From Phaeosaccion multiseriatum (Eukaryota; Protista; Ochrophyta, other classes): a stretch of 64,000 bases of DNA. Below the pieces are notes generated by a model that saw only the letters and a program-made list of their open reading frames with translations, was not told where the DNA came from and did not search any database. The translations under genes and the position numbers were made by a program. The first letter of the stretch is position 1. Each line of letters opens with the position of its first letter. The stretch is from NCBI GenBank assembly GCA_965112735.1, contig OZ218950.1, positions 3,658,001 to 3,722,000 of the forward strand, given 5' to 3'. Below, piece by piece: positions 1 through 17,800 of the stretch.

Positions 1-128
1 AGTGTGTTGCTTAGGGCACGAACGAAGAGCTACTACTACACTTGAAAAAACAATCCTCCTCTGATATCATCTCTCCCTCCCTCTCTTCCCACTTTCCCTT
101 CTCGATGGTCGGCTCTACCCCGTGAGCC

Positions 129-2715
129 ATGGGGCCGGGGCCCTGGGACGACGTGTCAGACTCCTCCTTCGATCAGCAGGGACGGAGGTCTTCCACCACG
201 CGCTTCAGCAGCGGTGGAGTTACTGGGGTCAACTCCAAACGGCTGAGTGAAAGACGGGCAAAGCTTCTGCAGCTGCAGCAGAGCCGGTTGCAGCAGATGC
301 AGCAGCGAGCTCCGGGGACGAGATTGGCGGGGGAGAGAACAGCCCCCTCTGGAGCATACATTGCCAGCGGAGGAAGAAGTGGAGGAAGAGGAAAGAGGGA
401 AGGGGTGGGTTTGTCAAGACGGCGACCTCGGGCAGGAGGAGGAGGAGAAGGGGGAGACGGAGCAGTAGCATCTGAAGGGATTAGAGGGCTTGTCGCCTTT
501 GACTATGACCAGGAGATGCCGCACTTGATCGACGTTGAGCTGAGTTACGACTCGAACATGGCCGCCCAAGACGCCGTCAGAGGGGCCATTGCGATGTCGA
601 TCCGAGCGGCCCACCGGCTGGCAGAGGCGGCAGTCGGCTTTGGCAGCGTTGACAAAGTCATTGATACGGCCAACACTGGTCGTGCTGGTGGTGGTGATGC
701 TGCTGCTGCTGCTGCTGCTACCACTGTTCGGAGAGAGGCGCGCGGTCTGATTACCATGCTAAACGGCGCCTGGCAGGGAGTGAAAGAGCTGCAGCGAAGA
801 CAGGACGCCATGGCGGAGAGGCTGGATGAGAGCGTGCAAACGATGCAGAGCATGCAGCAGGTCATTGTCGGGCAGAGAGAGGCACTCAGGACGCAGCATT
901 CGCCGCAGACACAAGAGCCACAAGATCAGCGGCTTGGCGCGCTTCCCAGTAGGAGGTCTCAGCCTCGAGCTAGTGCAGCGTCTGCAACGGATGGCGGGGT
1001 AGAGGGTGCGGGAGCAGAGGATACGGGTGCGGATGCGGGACGGCAAGGCGGGGGCGAAGATGGGGGGGAGGACGGGGCTGGTGGTGGGGGGCGGGGATGC
1101 CCACCAGACGCAGCAAGGGTGGACGTCGATAGACGCAACCCCGCTGTGCAACACGCAGCGGTGCAGACGGAAGGGGAGCACCCTCCTGCTGCTACTGCTG
1201 CTGCTGATGCTGCGGCGGCGGCGGCCGCGGCGGCAACTGCCCTAGAGGAGGAGCTGCGTGTAGTGAGAGACCGACTCGCTGAAGCCAAGCAAAGGGAACA
1301 GGTGAGAGGGGAAACAGCTCGGGGGAGAGAGAGAGGGAGGGCCGGGAGGAGGCGGAGGCTTTCTACCCCCAGATGAAGCGATCCCTGTAGTCATTGGCGC
1401 CTCGGCTGAGGGATTGCGTACTAACGTCTTGCCCTCTGGTGACCCACCCTCTCAGGAGGCTCGAGCCGCTGCATCAGCCGCCAGAGTCGAAGCCACTGAC
1501 CTTAAACTGACGCTCGAGGACGTGGACGAAGGGTGGGCACGGCAGGTCGACACCCATCGGAGGAAGAGTGACACTCTGGCGGCTATAGTGGGTAAGCTGA
1601 AGGGCATTGTCCTCACTCAGCAGGACTACATTAGTACTTCCGGGGTGGGGCGTAGGACGAGGAGGACGAGGACGAGTAATAGTAGTAGTAGTAGAGGAGG
1701 AGGAGGAGGAGGAGGAGGAGAGCCTTTTGCAGACTCTCGTGATGACGCATACTCACGGCGGTCCGGCGAGGAGGAAGAGGAGGATGCTCTGAGCAGCAGT
1801 AGTAGCAGCAGCAGAAGCAGCAGCAGCAGGAGGAGGAGGAGGAAGCGGGGAGAGATGTCCAGGAACAGAGAAGAGGAGGAGCAGGAGAGGCGCAGACGGC
1901 GAGGGGGTGGGCGTGGGGTGGACGAGGAGGGAGAGGGCGGGAGAGAGCGGTTGGGAGGAAGCGACAGCGGCAGCGATGGGAGTGAGGACGAGTGTAGGGG
2001 TAGCACCAGCGAAACGGAGAGGAGAAGAAAGGCGAGCCGACCAAAGGGTGCAGGGACGGAGGGGAGCAGGAGAGGAAGACGCAGTAGCAGTAGCAACAGT
2101 AAGCATGACAGAGAAAATAGAGGCAGCACCAGCCCCCCCCCCCCCCGCGAAGGAGGGGGCGAGGAGCCGCCAGAGCAGCGGCGGCTGAGGCTGGAGGACG
2201 ACGCTGATGCCATCAGCAGCAGTAGCAGCGGTGCTGAAGATGGCCCCCTTCCCGCCCAATCGGCGTATTCCCTTCTTCGCGTTCCCGAAGGAGGAAGCTT
2301 GGGCGGCGATCGCGTTGGTGAGCAGCGGAACGGGCGGCCGCCTCTCGTGCCTTTACCAGGCATCGATATCCCTGTCAGCAGCAGCCAAGGAAAGAGGGCA
2401 AAGAGGAGTAGCAGTAGCAGCAGGAGCAGTGCGACATTCTCGTCCGTGCCACGCGTGGACCACCACGTGGCGCAAGAGGGGTGGAGTGGAGAGGACAAAG
2501 GGGGCGGGGGGGGGAGGGGCGAGGCGAGCAGAGACGGTACAAGGGGCAGAGGCAAGGACGGTGAAGGTAGCAGCAGTGGGCATCGGGATCGCAGCGACAG
2601 AAGGGAGGTGGATAGCGACGGTAGGAACAGCCTGGATTTATCCCTGAGCCTCAGTTGGCCTCCCCCGGGCCACTCTGCACGCCTGCACCATCCGCAAGGC
2701 CGCAGAGAGGCGTGA
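129..2715 (+). CDS. Uncharacterised coiled-coil / low-complexity protein (at least 2 exons; 5' end uncertain)
   Basis: ORFs 129-1376 and 1414-2715 join through a plausible GT-AG intron (~1302-1456). There are heptad-like segments (LEEELRVVRDRLAEAKQREQ) and an S/R/E-rich tail. No family recognised. Confidence 0.45.
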
Positions 2716-3532
2716 GTGACTCACTCGGAAGGAAGCGAGCAGACGCGCGCAATTTTGTAAACAAATTCTACTACGAAGTAGTGTTAATATTATTACAGTA
2801 ATAAAAAAGAAGACGAAAAAAGAAAAAAGACGTAAGCGTGCTGCGATGGGGGCCCGCATCGTACGTCGAGGGTCGAGAGAGGGCGGTGACGAGGTCACGA
2901 AGGGGGCGTAAGGCACGGCCCGTAGCATTGTGACTGACTTGTGACTTGATTCGCGGCCGTGCCTAGCCTACGAAACACCGCAAGACACGAGCGGCCAGAG
3001 GTGAAGAGTTGGTCTCGAGGCAACAAGCAATCAAGCAAGTTACAGACAACCCCGCTCCGACCGCTGGTGTACATGTGTCCTGGACGCGCCATCTATCCAT
3101 CGATCGCACGCCCCATTGGCTTACGCCTTCTCGGTGGAAGGCGGAGTGCTGGTTCGTCCCAGCCCATGTTCCGCTCGCACACGAAGCTTGGTCGCCACGT
3201 AGGATCAACATGCAGTCCAGCAGGGTCCTGACGCACGTGCGACACAGCACGGACATACTTCCGCCTCGAGGATGGCACTGAATGGCATTGGCGAAGCACT
3301 ACGTTGCCGACATGCTCGATGTCCTGGGGTCTTCTTCCGCTCCGCCTCTGTCAGATTGGATTCGGTGATGTGGTGCTCCGCCCCACAATTAGCGTCTGCA
3401 ATGAAGGAGCACAGACCACAGTCTTCGCTCCTTTCGTCCTTCGAGTCGTTCGCTGCCGAGTGATCCTCGCCAGTCTCAAGTGGGGTGAACTTTCTCGAGT
3501 TCTCAGGACTCAGCGAGCGATTGTCACAAATC

Positions 3533-4639
3533 TCAGGTCGTGGGGTACTGGTCCAGAAGACAAGAGAGCCTTTGCTCTTGCTCGACCGTGCTCGGGAACA
3601 CACGCACAAACCCCGCTAGGATGTATCGAATGCCCTCTTTGACCTCCACACCCGAGTGCAGCTGCCGGCCGCAGAAGAATACGCCCGTACCGGGTGAGTC
3701 AGGTGCCACTGTCAATGTTTCGAATTTTGTACCGCCTCCACGAAATGCTGTCGCTGGGTCGTTGAGAGTTATGACGAACGACAGCTCGCTGCCGTCTCGA
3801 TGCTGGGCCAGTGCGTTCTGTTCCCCCTTGGCCGCGGAATACTTGGCCAGAAACAGGTCTTCAATCGCCAGATCAGGCACAGGAAAGCCAAAGAGACGGG
3901 AAAGGAGAGGAGCAAACCTTGTTCGCACAAGCTCGTTGCAGATGTGCAGGAGCTCGCCACCACAAGCGCCAATGTCAATGTCTGTCGTTTTGTAGGCCTT
4001 GTGCCGATCCGTTTGCCAGCCACCGTTCGTGTCCGCCTTTGCGTAACAAATTGCAAGGTCAATCAGGGTGGCGCCTTGCTGTTCGGTGAGAAGTGATGGA
4101 ACAACGTGGACATTCGTTGTGGGCGTTGTCCTCGTCGCCATGAGTGTCTCGGCGAAATCCTTCTCTGCATCTGCAATACTGTCGACGGTATCATAGCGGT
4201 AGTACGAAGTCAGCTCGTTCCCGGAAGTGTCAAACCAAGAGAATCGAGTAGCATCTCTGGTGAAGCCAAGAGCGAGCGTACCTCGCAGCTTGTTGGAGCC
4301 CACATCAACAATGCTCAAGTGCGGGAAAACATCAGCGCTGGCGAGACACAAAGGCAGATTTCCATGCAAATTGTTCTCCGACAGCCAAAGCTGTTCGAGC
4401 GATCCTAACACCTGGAGAGCAGAAACCACCTCGGCGTCGTCGAGGCGCCCTTGCAGATTGTTTTGAGAGAGTTCCAAAGCCGTGACCTTTCCGTCTGCAT
4501 TGCAACGAATGCCGCTCCACGTGGACACGGGTTCGGAGTCCGACAGCCAGTTCGCACGGCTCCTCCATTCGCTTCCTCCGAGGCTTTGGTAAATGGCCTT
4601 CAAAGCACCTCTCTCAGCGTCTTCTTGAGCCCCCATCAT
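3533..4639 (-). CDS. Intronless LRR-NT/LRR + 2OG-Fe(II) oxygenase (PLOD/prolyl-hydroxylase-like) fusion
   Basis: N-terminal cap ALKAIYQSLGGSEWRSRANWLS...WSGIRC and LRRs (LELSQNNLQG, LWLSENNLHGNLP). The C-terminus has HRD (HxD), SFVITLN, GGGTKF, HSG and RY motifs of 2OG-Fe(II) dioxygenases. First ATG at 4639. Confidence 0.8.
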   Translation of the reverse strand: MMGAQEDAERGALKAIYQSLGGSEWRSRANWLSDSEPVSTWSGIRCNADGKVTALELSQNNLQGRLDDAEVVSALQVLGSLEQLWLSENNLHGNLPLCLASADVFPHLSIVDVGSNKLRGTLALGFTRDATRFSWFDTSGNELTSYYRYDTVDSIADAEKDFAETLMATRTTPTTNVHVVPSLLTEQQGATLIDLAICYAKADTNGGWQTDRHKAYKTTDIDIGACGGELLHICNELVRTRFAPLLSRLFGFPVPDLAIEDLFLAKYSAAKGEQNALAQHRDGSELSFVITLNDPATAFRGGGTKFETLTVAPDSPGTGVFFCGRQLHSGVEVKEGIRYILAGFVRVFPSTVEQEQRLSCLLDQYPTT

Positions 4640-5074
4640 ACTCGAGTAGGCGCACAGGGGAAATAGAGCCTTGGAACGCGAAGACGAGAGCGCTAGCACC
4701 ACGAGAGGGGCAGCCGAACGTCAATCGCTCTGGCATATCGTAATTGTTTTGGAGTGTGAGAGATTATAGTGGGGAGTATACTACAGATTATAGTGGGGAC
4801 GAAGTATAGCGGTTGGTGCCACGAGTCACAGTTGTCGTAACCCCGGGGGGAGGGAGATCCCTCGATTTCCACAGAGTCGCAGAGTCTTCCAGAGCAGCCA
4901 GCAAATCCGCTACACAGCATCGAGGGACAGAGTCTTTGAGAGAAGCTTCTCAGACATCTTTGCGAGAGGTGTGGTAGTCCGGAGCGGCGAGAGAGCAGCA
5001 CAGCACGAGAAAGGCGACGAGGGGGGGAAAGCAGAGAACACCGAACGAAACCGGTACAGCACTTCACGCAAACC

Positions 5075-10688
<5,614 letters not shown>

Positions 10689-11346
10689 GCGAGTGGAGTG
10701 GTGTGGAAGTGGGCATACACTTCGGAACTTGGACGAAGAATGCTTGGAAGGGTCAGGGGTACCACTTTAGGTCAGGCGGACGGAAATACGCGGAGGGCGT
10801 TTGTTCTTCTCCGGGGAAGGGGGTTAAGGGAGACGAAGTGCGAGTGGGACCAGCCAACCAACCAGCCAACCTCTCAACAGGGGGCTGCGGAGCTGGGCTG
10901 TGGGGCTTTGAAGGGGGGGGGGGGGGGTCTTTTATCTGCATTTATAAATACATGGCACCTGAGATAGGTTCAAACGTCCTTCTTGAGTGCTCCTTCTCTG
11001 TGAGACTTCTCCCAATGCGTGCAACTCTCTCTCCCTCTCCCCACCCCCCTTCTCTCTTCTGTCAGTCGTCCTTCCTCTATTTACAAAGCGGTTCAACCTT
11101 CCGAAGCCTCAGTGAGGTGTGCGGGTGGAAATGGCCGACTCCCTCCTCCTCCTCCCCCCAGCTTCTGGAAGGGTCTTGACTCTCGCTATATATGTACACC
11201 AATGGCTCGCTCCTTTCTCAGAGCCCCCCCCCTCCAGGCACCAAAGGAAAGCCAAGGATCGATAGGTGGGTACCTAAGTGAGTGTTCCCTCCTGGCAGGC
11301 TTGCAATCATGCAAGGCCCCTCTCTCTCTGTCTCTCCCCTCTTTCC

Positions 11347-11653
11347 CTACATGCGAAACACTCCGAACGCAGTGGGCGGCGGCACTGGTTCGGACTGCAC
11401 ACACGCCGCCAGACTGAGCCCCAGCACCTTCCTTGTGTCCGCGGGGTCGATGACGCCATCGTCCCACAGACGGGCCGAGCTGAAGTAGGCAGAGCTCTCC
11501 TTAAGGTACTTGTCAAGGATGGGCTGCTTCAAGGCCGCCTCCTCCTCATCTGTGAGGGGAGGCCGACCGCTCTTCTCTCTCTTGTCCCTCTCCACCTGCA
11601 TGCGAGCCGAGCACAGCAAACGCGAGGGGTTTGAAGGAGGGAGGGAAGTTGGC

Positions 11654-11689
<36 letters not shown>

Positions 11690-14291
11690 GGGGGGGGGGG
11701 GTTCACCTTTTGAGTATGACAAAAGCACTTTCAGGCATGCGACCTTGAGCCGAGGAGCCAGCGCGTATCCTCAGGCCCCACAAGCAAATGCCGAACGCGC
11801 CCTCCTCCATCTTTCTCCTCCTCGTGCTCGTGGTCCTTACCCCCCCCCCCTCCTCCTTTATTGGCAGCAGCAGCAGATGCGCACACAGCCCACCCCATTC
11901 CTCCTTCCATCCCTCCTCCCCCCACCTACCTGAGCGAGTACGTTTGCGGCCTGCTCGCCCCCCATGACTCCAATGCGCGCGTTAGGCCACATGAAGAGGA
12001 AGCGCGGCGCAAAGGCCCGTCCGCACATGCCGTAGTTGCCCGCCCCGAACGATGACGAAATCACGCACGTCAGCTTGGGTACCTGGGTAGAGCAAGTGGG
12101 GAATGCTCGACGCTTGATGCCTGGATGCGATAAGACAGCGATTGGCACGGCACGGGCACTGGACCCCACCTATCGTAACGCCTACCTGTGCACAGGAGAC
12201 GGCTTGCACGAGCTTGGCCCCATCCTTGGCGAGGCCCCTGCTCTCGTAGTCCTTGCCCACCATGAAGCCCGTGATGTTCTACTCAAGGGGTTGGGGGGGG
12301 AGAAGAGGGGAGTGGAGAGGACAGGAGAGGACAGGAGAGAAGAAGAGCGGTGCGGAGACAAAGTGAGAGGTAGTCAGAGATGGCACACACACACCACCTC
12401 TGCTTCAGTCGCTTGTACGCAGGGAAGAGCCCTTTGGCTTGTCTCCTCCTCCTCCTCCTCCTCCTCCTCCCTTACCTGAAGAAACAGCAGGGGCGTGCGC
12501 CGCTGGCAACAAAGCTCCACAAAGTGCGCGGCCTTCAAGGCGCTCTCTGAGAAGAGTACCCCGTTGTTGGCCACGATGCCCACATCCTGTCCGTAAAGGT
12601 GCGCAAAGCCGGTGACGATGGTCTCACCGTAGTGCTTCTTGAACTCATGGAAGCGTGAGCCGTCCACGATGCGTGCAATCACGCCCCGCACGTCGAAGGG
12701 CTTCTTACCGTCCGCGGGGATGAGGTCTCCCATCGAGGAGGGGCTGAACAGAGGCTCATCCCACGTGGCGCTGCTACTACTGTGGCTCCAGCTGCTTTTG
12801 GTGCCCGCTCCTCCTGCTCCTCCTGCTCCTCCTGCTCCTGCCCCCTCTCCCCCGGGGGCATACTTGCCCCAGTTGAGGTGTTCAACAATACCGCGCGTAA
12901 TCTCCAAAGCATGTGCGTCGCTTTCTGCGAGGTGATCCGTCACCCCGGACCTGACGCAATGCACCTCCGCGCCGCCCAGCTCCTCGGCCGTAACCACCTC
13001 TCCAGTTGCCGCCTTGACCAGAGGAGGCCCCCCTAGGAAGATGGTGCCGGTGCCCTTGACAATGACGGTTTCGTCCGACATGGCGGGAACATAGGCCCCT
13101 CCCGCGGTGCAGGAGCCCATCACCACGGCCACCTGCGGAATGCCCGCGGCGCTCATGTTGGCCTTCTCGTTGTGTTTCGGTTTGATTGAAAGGGAGGGAG
13201 GGGAGGAGGGAGGAGGGAGGCGGGCGGAGGGAGAAGGAAAGGACAGAGAGCGATGTCAAGTGGATGGAGCAGGGCCGGGGCCAGTGCTAGAGGGGGTGAG
13301 GTGGACAGGGAAGGGATTATGCAAGCTCAGAGGTCAGACAGCCCTCTGCCCTTGGATTTCTCGCTCGACAGCTCCTCGAATGAATGCATCGTCCTCCTCC
13401 TCCTCCTCCTCTGCCCTACCCTGCCCTGTTCTACCCTGACGGGTAGACCCACCTGGTTGTAGAAGATCCTCCCAAAGTGCTCCTTGTGAGGGGCATGGGG
13501 ATGGGGACGGGAGGATGGATGGCACGATGGCAGAGAGTTACTTCAGAGTTAGATAGATTTCGCACCCTCCCCGCCGTGTCCTCTGCCCTGCCGAGGCGCA
13601 CCTCCCACTCATCCACCCACTCACTCATTAACGTGCTCACTCATTCACGCACGCACGCACTCACTCGCTCACTCACTCCCTCACTCACCTTGTCGGGGAA
13701 CACCTCGCTGGCCATGTCGAGGAAGGCCCCTCCGGAGTCCACGAGGTAGATGCACGGCAGTTTGTTCTCCCTCGCCACCTCCTGGGCCCTCAGGTGCTTC
13801 TTCACGGTGATGGGGTAGTACGTCCCGCCCTTGACGGAGGCGTCGTTGGCAATGATCATGACGAGAGTGCCGCTCACCCGCCCGATGCCAGCGACCACGC
13901 CTGCGCAAGGCACCGTCACGCCTCCGTACAGCTCGTGGCCCGCCAGAGCACCGAGCTCCAAGAAGGCGCTGCCGTCGTCAATGAGGGCGTCGATCCTCTC
14001 CCGGGCCAGCATCTTTCCCTTGCTCTTGTGCCGCTTGCACGCCGCCGCGCCCCCCCCCTCGGCAACCTTGGCGAGGTGGCCGTTGAGCTCGGCAACCAGG
14101 GCAGACATTGCATCCCTGTTCGCCTTCGCGTCCACAGGAGGAATCTCTGCATCCAGCCGTGGGGTGGTGCTACTGCTGCTTCTGCTGCTGCTGCTGCAAC
14201 TGCTGCGAAGTGAAGTGGAGCGCGGGTTGAAGAAGGAGGAGGAGAAAGTATTCCTCGCCGCTCTGCACAGCAGCCTGCGCCCTAGCAGCAT
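11347..14291 (-). CDS. MCCC2: Methylcrotonoyl-CoA carboxylase beta chain, mitochondrial (multi-exon)
   Basis: [87 protein letters not shown] and FGVFRM*. Presequence-like start [14 protein letters not shown]. Confidence 0.95.
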
Positions 14292-14604
14292 CGCGTCCCA
14301 AAATAAGCAACAAGTAAGCACTCTTACATAGCGTACTTGGGAAGGAAGGTGCAAGGAAGGGTTTGTAGGGGGAGGGAAAAGGGAGAAAAAAAAAAAAAAG
14401 AGAGAAGATGAGAGGAGCCACAGGGTGCCATCCGATCCAACGCATCCACATGGCACATGGACTCTAGCTGCGCCTGCGCCGCTGTAGGTGTACGTCGCAC
14501 CTGGTAATACCCGAGAGGAACTTGTGTCAGGGTCTGTATAGAAGCGTAGGAGGGTGAGCAGGAGGGGAGGGCGGCTCCCGAGGGGCAGAAGGCCTCACAT
14601 AGAG
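14292..14604. promoter_or_regulatory. Putative bidirectional promoter between MCCC2 and the kinase gene
   Basis: About 310 bp separates two divergent start codons. Positional inference only. Confidence 0.4.
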
Positions 14605-14750
14605 ATGTCGACCACTTCGGGGACTGCCGGTCTCCTTCGAAGATTTCTTAGATCCAGCACTGTCAGCTACAGGGCCCGAAGGACAGGCGGGAGTCAGCAA
14701 CTCATCGCGAGGAGGAGCTCGCATGGACAGCGCAGGCGGCAGCAACAGGT

Positions 14751-14809
<59 letters not shown>

Positions 14810-17800
14810 ATGAGCTGGCCAGCAGGACTGGACTGTTGGCAGCCTCGACGCAGTCGGGCAGGACTGTGGCGGGACCAGTAGCGCCAAGTCTCTCAGTTGC
14901 ACAACACGAGCGATACCAACATTGGTACCAGCAGGGTAGGGATGGGCAGCCCCCACTTTGGGCGACCGCTGCGCTCCTCTTTGCTCTCGCGACTGGTGCA
15001 GCCGGCTTGCTGTCCGACGATAGACAAGGAGCGTCCGTGCGCTGCATCAACAGGGAATTCGACGACTTTTACAAGTGAGCAGTGAGGCAGACTGTGAAAA
15101 GGAGGGAGGGAGAAGGAGGAAGAACACGAGCTTCTCTCCTACGCGTGGAGGGGAGGGCAGCGCCTATGCTCTGTGGAGGACACATACTTTGAGAGAGAGA
15201 GAGAGAGAGAGACAGAGAGTACAATGACGGGGACACAGAGAGAGAGCCATCTTCCGACCCTCCATTCCCTAACCCTCCCCTTTGTATCACCCTACCCCCC
15301 CCCCGGCCCCGCCGGTTTCCTCTATCCCGACACTCAGGTTCGTGGAGGGGCAGGGAGGCAAGCTCGGGGAAGGGTCCTTCGGAACGGTTTCCGCGGCGGT
15401 ACACAGGGAGACGGGCGAAGTGGTGGCTGTCAAACGGATACCCAAGACACATGTAAGGCAGTCCATATTCCTCCTCGCTCTTCCTGTCTCTCACCTCTCA
15501 CCACCAGTACCTGAAACTGCTCTTGCACACCGTTGACCCCTGCTCCAGCTTTCCCTCATACTCTTGCTCCTCCTCCTCCTGTTGCTGCTGCTGTTGCTGG
15601 TGCTCCTGCTGGTGGTGGTGGTGGTGGTGCTGCTGCTGCTGCCCCTTGAACTTGTGCACACACGAACGTACGCGACGGGTTGGCGTGATGGTACCGGGCC
15701 ATGTCATACCATGCCATGCCTCCCCTCGCCTCCCCTCCCCTCGCTTGCGCTTCCACAGGCGAGCAACGATGAGGTGCTGATGGAGGCAGATGTGATGCGC
15801 GTGGCGGGGGAGCACAAGAACATTGTGCGCTTGCAGGACGTCTTCTCAGACGACGAGGCCTGGTAAGTAAGGAAAGAAGGAAGGAAGCGCATGTGTTTGT
15901 GTGCCTGTGTATGCACCTGTGTGTGTGTGTGTGTGTTTGTATGTGTGTGCAGGCACGCGTAGCTCCCCTCCGTTCCTACCACCCTCCTTCCCCTGCATCA
16001 CCCTCCGAATGCGGAGCAAGAAGGCATTCAGTGCGTCACTGTTGCTCATTCGCTCAACTTGGTGCAATGTCCTGCCCTCCCTCCTCTCCTCTCTCTCTCT
16101 CGCTCTCTCCTCTTCTCTTCTCTCTGTCTCCCTCTCTCTCTTCTCCAGGTACCTGGTGATGGAAATCGCTCGTGGAGGAGAGCTCTTTGACAGGTGTAGT
16201 GTGTTGTGCCGCACCCCCCCACATTCCCACCCCCACCTCCACCCCCACCCCCACGCATGTGATGATTGCAAATATGTCACACCCACTTGTTGCCCACGAC
16301 CTGCCCACTGCCCCACACCACTTCCTCAACCCACTGGCACTTCTTTTCCCTTTCCCACAGACTCGTGAACGTGGGTCTGCTGACAGAGGAGGAGACTTGC
16401 CGAGTGATGCGCAAGCTCACTGAGGCAGTGGCCTTCTTGCACATGCACGGCATTGTACATGGCGACATCAAGCCCGAGGTCAGAGAGAGAGAGGGAGAGA
16501 GAGGGGGAGAGAGAGACAGCCGCTGGAGGGGGGGGGGGAGGGGAGATTAGGGATTGCGGAGGAAAGGGGTGGCTGGCTGGCTGTTGGCGGAGAGGGGGGA
16601 AGAGAGCAGTGAGCTGCTGTATCACCAACTGCTGTGTTACCACCCGCTGCCTCAGAACATTATGCTGGCAGAGGAGGAGGACCCCGTGGAGGTGCGGCTT
16701 GCGGACTTCGGATCGGCAGTGGAGCTCGACAGGTGCGGCACTCACTTGGTTGATACGGGTCCCGGGGCACGACAGAGAGGGAGGGAGAGACGAGAGAGAG
16801 ATAGAGAGAGATAGAGAAAGAGAGAGGGAGAGGGAGAGAGACGAGAAGAGTCATTTGGTGGGGTGTTGGGGTGAAGCCAATATGTGACAGGGCAGGCTAG
16901 CGAGTGCCAGAATGGCGTCAGCGGATGGACCGAGGCAGACCGCCGGCAGAGTCTCTCTTACACTCTCTCCTCCTACCTGCCTTCCTCCCTTCCTTCCTCC
17001 CTCCCGTCCGTCCGTCCTCCCTTCCTTCCTTCCTTCCTTCCTTCCTTCCGTCCTTCCTTCCTTCCTTCCTTCCTTCCTTCCTTCCTTCCTTCCTTCCTTC
17101 CTTCCTTCCTTCCTTCCTTCCTTTCCTTCCCTCCCGCCTCCCTGCCTTCCCTTTTCCACTTCATCGTTTCTGAACTGGCTCCATCGCGTCGGTAGTGAGG
17201 GGCGTATGTGCACCGCCAGTCCGCACATCACAGTGGCCTACAGCGCCCCCGAAGTGCTCAGCGACCCCAACCACATGGGACTGTCCACGGTGAGAGCGAG
17301 TTCGAGCCCTCTCCGTTCGAGAGAAGCTCTCTCAGTTCGAGCCCTCTCCAACGGCTGGCTTGGGTGTTTGCCCCCCCCACCCACTCCTTTCCCCTGCCCC
17401 CCTGCTGTTACTTCAGTTGTCAAGTGTTACGTCGAAGTAAAAGACCTTCCGATGCCCATGCAACGTGTGATTCTTCCTGGAGTGTGGGAGGCAGTAAGGA
17501 CCTGGCTACCGTTTCAATCAGTACTGACCCCCCCTTGCTTCGTGTTCTACGACCCCGCTGTCTTTGCTCTATGCCTCTACACTACACTCCTCTCTCCTCT
17601 GCCCCTGTATCACCAACTATTATGCTGTGCTGTGCCGTGCCCTCTTAGAGAGGAGACATTTGGGCCTTGGGGGTGATAATGTACATCATCTTATCGGGAA
17701 AGCACCCCTTCGACAGCCAGATGGACGCCACGGAAGAGGTGAGGAGGAGGAGAGGCAAAGGAGGGAAGGAAGGGGGTGGGCAGGTGCGAGGAGCGGGGTG

